64,000 bases of DNA. Source: Nitrospirota bacterium. Lineage in GTDB: Bacteria; Nitrospirota; UBA9217. The stretch covers positions 96,001-160,000 of the forward strand of contig CAVVOB010000013.1 of the NCBI GenBank assembly GCA_963749655.1, in the 5' to 3' direction. Both the position numbers and the translations under genes were made by a program. Positions 31,493 through 41,346 of this stretch are shown in pieces; position 1 is the first letter of the stretch; each line of letters opens with the position of its first letter. The notes beneath the pieces are model-generated. The model did no database searches, was not told where the DNA came from, and saw only the letters and a program-made list of their open reading frames with translations.

Positions 31493-31571
31493 CCGGTTTC
31501 TCTTGAGCTTTGAGCGCCGGTGTGGTAAAGTGCAGGTTACATTTTTAGCAGCGGAATTTCTGTAAAGTTTA

Positions 31572-31656
31572 GCCACGAATTAACACGAATTTTAGATAAG
31601 AGAAAGAGCCTGGTTCTTTTAATCTTGGTTGCTTTTTAATCGAGAAAATTCGTGGC
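31572..31656. repeat. 10-mer-based inverted-repeat element upstream of guaB
   Basis: GCCACGAATT AACACGAATT ... AATTCGTGGC. Confidence 0.65.
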
Positions 31657-31680
31657 AAAACAATGCGACAATAATTTTGA

Positions 31681-33153
<1,473 letters not shown>

Positions 33154-33155
33154 GC

Positions 33156-33220
33156 ATTGCGAATTGCGGATTGCGAATTGCGGAATGGAAAGATAGTAAG
33201 GCAATTGCGGATTTCGGATT
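33156..33220 (+). repeat. Tandem heptamers directly after the guaB stop
   Basis: ATTGCGA ATTGCGG ATTGCGA ATTGCGG AATGG ... ATTGCGG ATTTCGG ATTG. Confidence 0.75.
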
Positions 33221-33255
33221 GAACATCGCTGGGCCGACGCCCGGGGAGGACTGTC

Positions 33256-33693
33256 GTGAAAAAGAAGGCCTTGATCATTGCGGGCGTGCTGATTGTCCTG
33301 GCGGCCCTTGCCGGACTGCTGGTCGCCGACGACCTCGGGAACAAGAACAGCAGCGATGCGGTCCTGTATGTTTCGAGCTGCGCCGACTGCACACGCGTCG
33401 TCGTGTCCCGGGATTCGGGCTCCTGCGCCTGCGGCAAGGACCTCGTCGCGATGCATGTTCTGAAGCAGGAGGGGAACGAAGCGGTTCTCTGCGCCTGCGG
33501 CAAGGACTGCAGCTGTACGATCGACGAAAAAAATCCTTTGCAATGCGGCTGCGGAAAGCCGGTCAGGAAAGTCTCGCTGACAGCCGATCAAACCAGCGCC
33601 CCCTGCAAAGGCGGGAGCGAAAACTGCCCGCGTTCTGCAACGGATAAGCCCGTCGGCTGCGGAAAGTGCTCCAAACCCTGCAGGTCGATTTAA
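33256..33693 (+). CDS. Exported Cys-rich (metallothionein-like) protein
   Basis: GGAGG RBS, GTG start, signal/TM segment; 15 Cys with repeated CxCGK. Confidence 0.8.
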   Translation: MKKKALIIAGVLIVLAALAGLLVADDLGNKNSSDAVLYVSSCADCTRVVVSRDSGSCACGKDLVAMHVLKQEGNEAVLCACGKDCSCTIDEKNPLQCGCGKPVRKVSLTADQTSAPCKGGSENCPRSATDKPVGCGKCSKPCRSI

Positions 33694-33722
33694 ATTGTTC
33701 TCCTGTTCAAACCACGATAGCC

Positions 33723-33908
33723 ATGCCGAAAGTCACCAGTATTCGAAGCGCACGCAGTGCGACAAGGAATAAGACGCTGATGGGCCAGGGACCGGACGTT
33801 TTTACTCCCTGCAGCCAGGACATGACCATCTGCGGCGACTGCGAGGGGAACCGGGCGAAGAACGCATGCCCGAGGCTCAAGGAGTGGCTGGCGAAAAGGA
33901 AAGCCTGA
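33723..33908 (+). CDS. Small hypothetical protein with C-x6-CxxC-x8-C
   Basis: MPKVTSIR...PCSQDMTICGDCEGNRAKNACPRL; followed by a terminator. Confidence 0.5.
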   Translation: MPKVTSIRSARSATRNKTLMGQGPDVFTPCSQDMTICGDCEGNRAKNACPRLKEWLAKRKA

Positions 33909-33939
33909 GCGCTGCCGGGCAAGGAACGTAAAATTGAAC

Positions 33940-33970
33940 ACCCTGAGTGTTGCCGGACTCAGGGTTTTTT
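33940..33970 (+). terminator. Intrinsic terminator
   Basis: ACCCTGAGT-GTTGCCGG-ACTCAGGGT then T run. Confidence 0.8.
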
Positions 33971-33983
33971 ATTCTGAGAGGCG

Positions 33984-36686
33984 TTGATCTGCATGAATGT
34001 GGTCCCTAAACATACCAGTGCCGGCAAGAACCGGGAACTGCAGGCAGTTGTCATGCCTGTCGGCTCCGTGCGGATGGAATGGCTGGAAACACGGGAGCGG
34101 ATCGACAAGAGCAGGGAATTGCTGGAGCAGGAAGTCTTCAGGCGGTTCTCGGAAAACCCGGACGGCGCCTTTCTCTTTCTCGGGTTCCGCAGCGCCTCCG
34201 TTTCCCTCTCCCCCTCCCTTGATTTCCTGCGCGGGTTTTGCGGGCTTTTTGCCAGGAAACTGAGCGCTACTCCCAACCTCGAATTCATTCGCCAGGACGT
34301 CTCCGTCCGGCTGAACGATGAGGAGCGGGACTACTGGCTCGCATCGGTGCCCCCCATGACCGGGGCCGAGTATCTGACCAGGGTCGTACTGGACGATCTT
34401 TGGACGCGGCTCCATGCCGAGTTCCGCAACGAGATCCGGCATTACAAGGGGACGGTCGAGGAGTTCATACAACAATACAGCCCCGACGTGCACCTTACCG
34501 GCCGGGTATTCTTTCACCTTGTCGAGAGCAGGAAAAAGGACCTTCCCTTCAGGTTCTTCGCCACCTATTCCACGGGCTTCACCAAGCGGGGCAAATCGAA
34601 GCATCTTCCCCTCAAACATGCACTCGAGGAATACGGCAAAGACGGCAAGGAGCTGATCGACCTGCTTTCGACAGTGCATCGCGCCGCGAAAGAGAGCACC
34701 CTGATCGCGGGACTCCTTAAAAGCGGCGGATTGTTCCGTCACCTCGCATGGACCGCCAGGCAGGCTTACGACTTTCTGCGGGAAATCCCCCTCTACGAGC
34801 AATCGGGCATCCTGTGCCGCATCCCCGGCTGGTGGAAAGGCGCTTCATCGAGCCTCCATCTCAGCATCTCCCTGGGCGACAGCCGGCCTTCCCTGGTGGG
34901 AATGGATGCCCTGCTCAGTTTCGATATCGGGCTCCATATCGAGGATGAACCGATATCCGTCGAGGAGGCGCGCCGCCTGGTCGCGTCGTCCGAGGGGCTT
35001 ACCCTGATCAAAAACCGCTGGATGGCAGTTGACCCCGAGAAGCTGCGCCGGACCCTCGATGCCTATGAAAAAGCGCGCCAGCTGGCCGAGCGCGAGGGGC
35101 TTACGTTCCGCGACGCGCTCCGTCTGCAAATGAACCCCCGTTCCGCCCTGGATCTCGGCAAGCGTGACGCCGCCGTGACGATCACCAGCGGCGAATGGCT
35201 TGAATCGGTCATGGCGAAGATGCGCCATCCCGCCCTGATCGCTTCGGTCGACCCGGCGCCGTCCTTCAAGGCGGAACTGAGGCCCTACCAGGAAAAGGGC
35301 CTGAACTGGCTCGCCTTTCTGCACTCCCTGAATTTCGGCATGTGCCTTGCCGACGACATGGGGCTCGGCAAAACCGTGCAGGTGCTGGCGCTCCTGCATC
35401 TGTCGAAGCACCGGGAAGAGAAGGGGGCCAGCCTGGTCGTGATCCCCGCATCGCTTCTCGCCAACTGGGAGAACGAGATCCTGAAGTTCGCGCCGGACCT
35501 CAGGTACTACACGGCCCATCCTGCGGCCAACGCTTCCGGCGAAGTCGAACCGAAAACGCCTTCTGAGCTGGACGATCTCGACCTCGTGATCACGACCTAC
35601 GCCCGGGTGCAGAAGTACGAGTGGCTCCAGGCATACGACTGGAAGTATGTGGTCCTCGATGAGGCCCAGGCGATCAAGAACCCGGCGACGAAGCAGACCA
35701 GGGCGGTCAAGAAGCTGAAGGCCGCGAACCGGATCGTCATGACCGGCACGCCGGTGGAGAACAGGCTGTCCGACCTCTGGTCGCTCTTCGATTTCATCAA
35801 CCCCGGTCTTCTCGGGACCAGGCAGGAGTTCCGCAAATTTTCCAGAAACCTGGCCACAGACCCCGAGGGCTACGCCAGGCTCAGGAAGATCATCAGCCCC
35901 TATATTCTCAGAAGGCTCAAGACGGACAAGACGGTCATCTCCGATTTGCCGGACAAGGTCGAGATGAAGACGTGGTCGCTGTTAAGCAGGAAGCAGGCGG
36001 CGCTCTACCAGAAGCTGGTGGACGATCTCAGGCAGATCGTGGAGACCGTGGAAGGCATCCAGCGAAAGGGGATCATCCTGAGCTCGCTCATGAAGTTCAA
36101 GCAGCTCTGCAACCACCCGGACCAATACCTCGGCGACGGAGCTTACGAGGAGAGCGAAAGCGGCAAGTTCGGCAGGCTGCGCGAGATCTGCGAGACGATC
36201 CACGAGAAGCGGGAGCGCGTCCTCGTATTCACCCAGTTCCGGGAGATCACGGGCCCGCTCTCGGATTTTTTATCGGGAATATTCAGGCGGCAGGGCCTGG
36301 TGCTGCACGGCGGGACATCCGTGGGCAAGAGAAAAGAGATCGTGGCCAGGTTCCAGGACGAGGAATACGTTCCTTTCATGGTGCTGTCCCTCAAGGCCGG
36401 CGGTCTCGGGCTCAATCTGACGGCGGCTAACCACGTTATTCATTTCGACCGGTGGTGGAACCCCGCGGTCGAGAACCAGGCAACGGACCGCGCGTTCAGG
36501 ATCGGCCAGAAGAAAAAGGTGCTCGTCCACAAGTTCATCTCGAAAGGGACCGTTGAAGAGAAGATCGATCTGATGATCGAGGGGAAATTGAAGCTTTCGA
36601 AAGAGATCATCGAATCGGGCTCCGAGGCATGGATCACGGAGATGAGCAATGAAGAGCTGCTCGGGATGTTTACGCTGACGATATAG
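33984..36686 (+). CDS. SNF2-family (SWI2/SNF2) helicase/ATPase
   Basis: LRPYQ, LADDMGLGKT, DEAQ, TGTPVEN, LRRLK, GGLGLNL, WWNPAVENQATDRAFRIGQ. Exact start uncertain. Confidence 0.94.
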   Translation: MICMNVVPKHTSAGKNRELQAVVMPVGSVRMEWLETRERIDKSRELLEQEVFRRFSENPDGAFLFLGFRSASVSLSPSLDFLRGFCGLFARKLSATPNLEFIRQDVSVRLNDEERDYWLASVPPMTGAEYLTRVVLDDLWTRLHAEFRNEIRHYKGTVEEFIQQYSPDVHLTGRVFFHLVESRKKDLPFRFFATYSTGFTKRGKSKHLPLKHALEEYGKDGKELIDLLSTVHRAAKESTLIAGLLKSGGLFRHLAWTARQAYDFLREIPLYEQSGILCRIPGWWKGASSSLHLSISLGDSRPSLVGMDALLSFDIGLHIEDEPISVEEARRLVASSEGLTLIKNRWMAVDPEKLRRTLDAYEKARQLAEREGLTFRDALRLQMNPRSALDLGKRDAAVTITSGEWLESVMAKMRHPALIASVDPAPSFKAELRPYQEKGLNWLAFLHSLNFGMCLADDMGLGKTVQVLALLHLSKHREEKGASLVVIPASLLANWENEILKFAPDLRYYTAHPAANASGEVEPKTPSELDDLDLVITTYARVQKYEWLQAYDWKYVVLDEAQAIKNPATKQTRAVKKLKAANRIVMTGTPVENRLSDLWSLFDFINPGLLGTRQEFRKFSRNLATDPEGYARLRKIISPYILRRLKTDKTVISDLPDKVEMKTWSLLSRKQAALYQKLVDDLRQIVETVEGIQRKGIILSSLMKFKQLCNHPDQYLGDGAYEESESGKFGRLREICETIHEKRERVLVFTQFREITGPLSDFLSGIFRRQGLVLHGGTSVGKRKEIVARFQDEEYVPFMVLSLKAGGLGLNLTAANHVIHFDRWWNPAVENQATDRAFRIGQKKKVLVHKFISKGTVEEKIDLMIEGKLKLSKEIIESGSEAWITEMSNEELLGMFTLTI

Positions 36687-36715
36687 AAGAGCGTTTAAAC
36701 CTGAAAAAATCAGTT

Positions 36716-36846
36716 AACCACTGATGAACACGGATAAACACGGATAAATCAGAAAGTTAAATTGAAACGCTGAATCGCCTGACGGGCAGCGCCGAAATGA
36801 TGGAGGTGTTCCTGACCTTGCTTTCCATCTGTGTCCATCTGTGGTT
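36716..36846. repeat. 10-mer-based inverted-repeat element
   Basis: AACCACTGATG AACACGGATA AACACGGATA ... TCCATCTGTG TCCATCTGTG GTT. Confidence 0.7.
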
Positions 36847-36923
36847 CCAACAGCAGTATTTAAAATGGAACAACACATCTCGGGGCGAGGCTTACGGCTT
36901 CAGGAGTGTGACTGGAATCCTGC

Positions 36924-37874
36924 ATGAAACGTGCGCATCAAAAAGATACACCCGACTTCCCGACCGGCAATCCAACTTTTAATAAAGGCTGCGAATACCG
37001 GGAACAGCTCGGTCCTGATGCCGACGGCCAGGTGCTTCTGGCGTATCTCTCCAAGCGCTACGATCACTCTGATCTCGACGAATGGACAGCGCGTATTGCC
37101 GAGGGCCGCGTTCTGATCGACGACCTGCCCGGTAATGCTGAAACCGTGCTGCGCAAAGGGTCCAGCCTTGTCTGGCAGCGGCCACCCTGGATCGAACCGG
37201 ATGCTCCCCGAACTTTTTCAATTCTCTACGAAGATCATGATCTCCTTGCTGTTGCCAAGCCGGCAGGCTTGCCCACGCTTCCGGGCGCAAACTTTCTGAC
37301 CGCAACGCTCCTCCATCTGGTCCGCTCCTGCGCGCCTGACGCCGCTCCTGTTCACCGCCTGGGGCGCTGGACATCAGGAATCGTGCTCTGCGCCAGAAAC
37401 GGTCAGACCCGCGCTTCGCTGATGGGGCAGTGGTCGAGGAAAGAGGTCGGGAAGCGCTACCGTGCGCTGGCCAGCGGAACGCCGGCATGGGATGAGATGA
37501 CGATTACAACGCCTATCGGCACTGTGCCCCATGCGCTTCTCGGTTCAGTCCATGCAGCAGCCGCTGACGGCAAGCCGTCTGTTTCCCGGGCTATTGTCCT
37601 TGAACGTCGAGAGAATTTTTTCCTTTGTGACGTGCACATTACCACAGGCCGTCCTCATCAGATCAGGATTCACCTGGCCTCAGCAGGTCACCCGCTCGTG
37701 GGCGATCCGCTGTACGGCGCAGGAGGTGTGCCTTTGCAGGATTCCCGCGCAGTGCCCGGCGATCCGGGCTATCACCTTCATGCTGCTGAACTGCGTTTTC
37801 GCCATCCCAGTACCGGGCAAGAGATGGTGATCGAATGCGAGCCCCCTGAGCTGTTGCGGGTGAAGCGGCGTTAA
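36924..37874 (+). CDS. RluA-family pseudouridine synthase
   Basis: KPAGLP, VHRLGRWTSG (the Asp of HRLD reads as Gly), TGRPHQIRIH, PLVGDPLYG, LHA. Confidence 0.88.
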   Translation: MKRAHQKDTPDFPTGNPTFNKGCEYREQLGPDADGQVLLAYLSKRYDHSDLDEWTARIAEGRVLIDDLPGNAETVLRKGSSLVWQRPPWIEPDAPRTFSILYEDHDLLAVAKPAGLPTLPGANFLTATLLHLVRSCAPDAAPVHRLGRWTSGIVLCARNGQTRASLMGQWSRKEVGKRYRALASGTPAWDEMTITTPIGTVPHALLGSVHAAAADGKPSVSRAIVLERRENFFLCDVHITTGRPHQIRIHLASAGHPLVGDPLYGAGGVPLQDSRAVPGDPGYHLHAAELRFRHPSTGQEMVIECEPPELLRVKRR

Positions 37875-37883
37875 CATTTTTGC

Positions 37884-37931
37884 TTCTCACCTTTATCCTC
37901 TCCCAAAGGGGAGAGGGTTGGGTGAGGGGGG
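37884..37931. repeat. REP-like palindrome
   Basis: CTTCTCACC TTTAT CCTCTCCC AAA GGGAGAGG GTTG GGTGAGGGG. Confidence 0.6.
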
Positions 37932-37998
37932 GACTTTCCGATGTAACAATATTTACTTCGTTTGCACTAGTTCCGTAAGCTCCCTTACAAAGAACAGG

Positions 37999-38250
37999 AT
38001 GGATATGAACGACCAACAGCATAAAGATCCCCTTCACGGTGTCACGCTGGAAATGATTCTTACCCAGCTTGTTGAGCATCATGGGTGGGAGAAGATGGGG
38101 CAGATCATCGACATCAGGTGCTTTAATAATAATCCGAGCATCAAGTCCAGTCTGCAGTTTTTGAGAAGAACTCCCTGGGCGAGGGCGAAGGTTGAGGAAT
38201 TGTATCTGAAGTACAGGAGGAATGCTTTGAAGAAACAGGAGCGCGGTTAA
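37999..38250 (+). CDS. VF530/DUF2132 family small protein
   Basis: DPLHGVTLEMIL..LV...GW, CF..NPSIKSSL.FLRRTPWAR.KVE. Confidence 0.9.
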   Translation: MDMNDQQHKDPLHGVTLEMILTQLVEHHGWEKMGQIIDIRCFNNNPSIKSSLQFLRRTPWARAKVEELYLKYRRNALKKQERG

Positions 38251-38599
38251 GGCGGTAAGAACTTGACAGCCGTGAAAGCGATTTTTATTCATTTCCAACT
38301 TAAAACTCACCACTCAAAACTAAGAACTCAAACCACCCCATCCCCTGAAAAACCCCGTCGAAATCGTTGACATTCGCAGCCATTTGCCCTACTCTAATCG
38401 CAGAAAATTGCTCCAATAGTTTGCGAATTAAGAACTGAGAATTAAGAATTATAGTGCGAGGAGAACACACTAAGAAGTTTTCCCATCTTGTCGAAAAATC
38501 TCCCGCCGGTTTTCCTTTTCAATTCTATGGCAAGCATAGAAACAACATCCCTTTGAAGTCTAACGATCAACAGTACTCCCGAAGCGTCCTGGGATTATG

Positions 38600-38781
38600 C
38601 ATCAGATCCCGCGAATTGGACAGCTTCATCGGCCTATCAGAGAAAGACGTACCATTTCTGCTTCTTTTCATGCAAAGATAAATTCGACAAAGACCCGGGC
38701 GCCTATGCTGAAAAGACCAAAAAGGAAGGGAAAGCGGCACAGGAAGCAATGAGGGAAGCCTGTTCAGCGAAGGCGAGGTGA
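38600..38781 (+). pseudogene. YHS-domain remnant
   Basis: Manual translation AYQRKTYHFCFFSCKDKFDKDPGAY; no DPVCGM motif, and no start codon between the upstream in-frame stop and the motif. Confidence 0.55.
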
Positions 38782-38785
38782 AGCA

Positions 38786-39814
38786 TTGGGCGACACGGAC
38801 GTCAGGGGATATTTGCAAACAGGACAGACAACCTGCCATGACACGGCAGGCCGCGAAGTTCCCTGCACCGGAAGCGGACAGGACGGCGAATTCCGGAAAG
38901 GCATTGCGTGGCTGCGACCTCGATTTGAACAGAAGGACGGAACAGTGCAGGATTGCCTTACCGGGCTCGTCTGGACGCGGAATGCGAACGTCGCCGAATT
39001 CCCCCTGACCTGGCAGGAAGCGCTCGATTTCGTCAAGGAAATGAACCGCAGCAGGACCTTCGGCTTTTCGGACTGGCGTCTTCCCAACCGCCGTGAGCTC
39101 CGGAGTCTCGTGAGCCATCAGACCAAAAATCCCGCGCTGCCGGAGGGGCACCCCTTCGGTAATGCTTTTCCCGGCTGGCGCTGGACATCGACGTCGGCTG
39201 CGATCAACACCGCCTATGCGTGGTATATACATACGGAAGGCGCGCGGATGTTTTACGGCAACAAAGAGCAGTTCTTTCTGCTCTGGCCTGTGCGGGGTGA
39301 GGGAAACGGGGTCCTGCCCGAGACCGGCCAGACAGAGTGCTGCGACGCAGCGGGACGCCCTGTTTCCTGCGCAGGCACGGGCCAGGACGGAGAATACCGT
39401 CTCGGCAAGCCCTGGCCTGCGCAGCGGTTTGAAGTCCTGGAAGATACTGTCATCGATCACATCACTAATCTCTGCTGGCTCAGAACCGTGGATCTTACCG
39501 GCGTGCCAATGACCTGGAAAGGTGCGTTGGAGGCAGTGGCGGCCTTAAATCAACGGTCATTGCGGGAAAAACTCTGGCGCCTGCCGAATATCAATGAGCT
39601 CGAATCCCTGGTGGACTGCAGCAGGCATAGCCCGGCGCTGCCTCCAGGTCATCCGTTCGACCGCGTGCAGGAGGGCTATTGGTCGTCGACAACAAGCATG
39701 TTCGAGCCGGACTGGGCATGGGCGCTGTATCTGACCAAGGGGGCTGTCGGGGTCGGTCAGAAAGGGGGAGCGCATTTCCATGCATGGTCGGTACGCGATG
39801 CAAAGGCTGGTTGA
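38786..39814 (+). CDS. Tandem DUF1566 (Lcl C-terminal) domain protein
   Basis: Two repeats of TGQ..C....G..V.C.G.GQDGE / D..T.L.W / WRLPN..EL.SLV / WSST. Start uncertain. Confidence 0.88.
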   Translation: MGDTDVRGYLQTGQTTCHDTAGREVPCTGSGQDGEFRKGIAWLRPRFEQKDGTVQDCLTGLVWTRNANVAEFPLTWQEALDFVKEMNRSRTFGFSDWRLPNRRELRSLVSHQTKNPALPEGHPFGNAFPGWRWTSTSAAINTAYAWYIHTEGARMFYGNKEQFFLLWPVRGEGNGVLPETGQTECCDAAGRPVSCAGTGQDGEYRLGKPWPAQRFEVLEDTVIDHITNLCWLRTVDLTGVPMTWKGALEAVAALNQRSLREKLWRLPNINELESLVDCSRHSPALPPGHPFDRVQEGYWSSTTSMFEPDWAWALYLTKGAVGVGQKGGAHFHAWSVRDAKAG

Positions 39815-39904
39815 AGGGCCGCTCCCCGGTTGTCCGGCGTAACGGCCCTCTTCGGCAGAGGATTGCTGCGCTCCATCCGGCTGCCCGATAGGCCGGATTA
39901 TTAG

Positions 39905-40039
39905 CAGGTTGCTGACAAAGTCGCGTTTTGTCATTACGAAGAGCGATTGTCGCGACGCGGCAATCTCGAAGCGCTTGGCCTCAAGTGGGCGAGATTGCTT
40001 CGCTCGCAAAGACGGCTAAAAGATTTTTTCAGTGGCCCG
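39905..40039. mobile_element. MITE-like element with imperfect TIRs, TTAG duplication and internal REP
   Basis: TTAG on both sides; CAGGTTGCTGACAAAGTC vs reverse-complement CGGGCCACTGAAAAAATC; internal GTCATTACGA...GCAATCTC...GAGATTGC...TCGCAAAGAC. Confidence 0.55.
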
Positions 40040-40085
40040 TTAGGAATCAAATGTAGAAAAGAAATATTTCTTCCTGAAGTCTGCA

Positions 40086-41181
40086 CAGTAGTGTCCGGTT
40101 AACTTGACCGCACCAGCACCAAAAGGCTTTATTGGCGCGGGTTACAATGCGATTTAGTTTGGTGTCGATTTGAAATCAGTTTACCTTTTCCCCGATTCAA
40201 GTAACTTCCAGAGGGTACATTCTTTGGAGGTGAGCCATGAATCAGGGCAAGACGCTGTTCGCGCAGCTCATGGAGTTCGTGCCATGGACCAGCTTTGCGC
40301 GCATCGTGACTCGATACGGCGGCGATTCCGGCGTACGCGTCTCTTCCCTGCACCGAACAATTTCGCGCGATGGCGTTTGCTCAACTGACGTATCGCGAGA
40401 GTCTGCGCGACATCGAGGCCTGTTTGCTGGCCAACCAGACGAAGCTGTACGGCATGGGATTCCGCTCTCCGGTCAAGCGTTCGACGCTGGCCGATGCCAA
40501 CGAAGGGCGCGATTGGCACATCTGGGCCGACTTGGCGGCGTTGCTGATCAGGCGTGCGCGCAAGCTGTACTGCAACGACAGCTTCGGTATCGAACTGGAC
40601 AACACGGTCTACGCCTTGGATGCCACGACCATTGACCTGTGCCTGTCGTTGTTTCCGTGGGCACCGTTTCGTTCTACCAAGGCTGCGGTCAAATTGCATA
40701 CGCTGCTCGATCTGCGCGGCAACATCCCGACGTTCATTCATATCTCGGACGGCAAGACCCACGAGGTCAATGTGCTGGATATGCTGACCGCGAAGCAGGC
40801 GCGTTCTACGTGATGGATCGCGGTTATCTGGACTTCGGTCGGTTGTTTGCAATGCATCAGGCCGGAGCCTTCTTCGTGACACGCGCCAAGCGCGGCATGG
40901 ATGCGCATCGGGTGTATTCGATGCCGATCGACCGGAACACCGGCATCATCTGCGATCAGCGCATCGTTCTGGACGGGTTCTACGTCTGCAAAGGATTATC
41001 CCGAGCAGTTGCGGCGTATCCGTTTCAAAGACCCGGAATCCGGCAAGACGCTGGTGTTCCTGACAAACAACACCGCGTTGCCGGCATTGACCATTGCCGC
41101 GCTGTACAAAAGCCGCTGGCAGGTCGAGTTGTTCTTCAAGTGGATCAAGCAGCATCTGCGCATCAAGCGTTTCATTGGTAC
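40086..41181 (+). mobile_element. IS4-family insertion sequence (DUF4372 + DDE), 3'-truncated, three frameshifts
   Basis: Left end CAGTAGTGTCCGGTTAA; MNQGKTLFAQLM, YRESLRDIE, DATTIDL, KLHTLLD, MDRGY, YKSRWQVELFFKWIKQHL; breaks off after KRFIGT, no right end. Confidence 0.9.
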
Positions 41182-41224
41182 TGTTTTGGCTCAGCGTGAA
41201 CTGGACTTTCAGCCGATTTGAGCA

Positions 41225-41286
41225 AGGTTGAATGAAATGAAACCCAACAAAGCCGTTGGGTTGCGCTCCGCTTAACCCAACCTACG
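41225..41286. repeat. REP-like palindrome
   Basis: AACCCAAC AAAGCC GTTGGGTT GCGCTCCGCTT AACCCAACCTAC. Confidence 0.55.
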
Positions 41287-41346
41287 ACCTACGAACTGTC
41301 CATGCAAAGAAGTGCATAAAAATTTAATCGCTTATGGAGCCACCGG

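Noticed and set aside
40086-41221. Active IS4 element
   Set aside because: The transposase breaks off after KRFIGT and no right inverted repeat is present, whatever the cause of the frameshifts.
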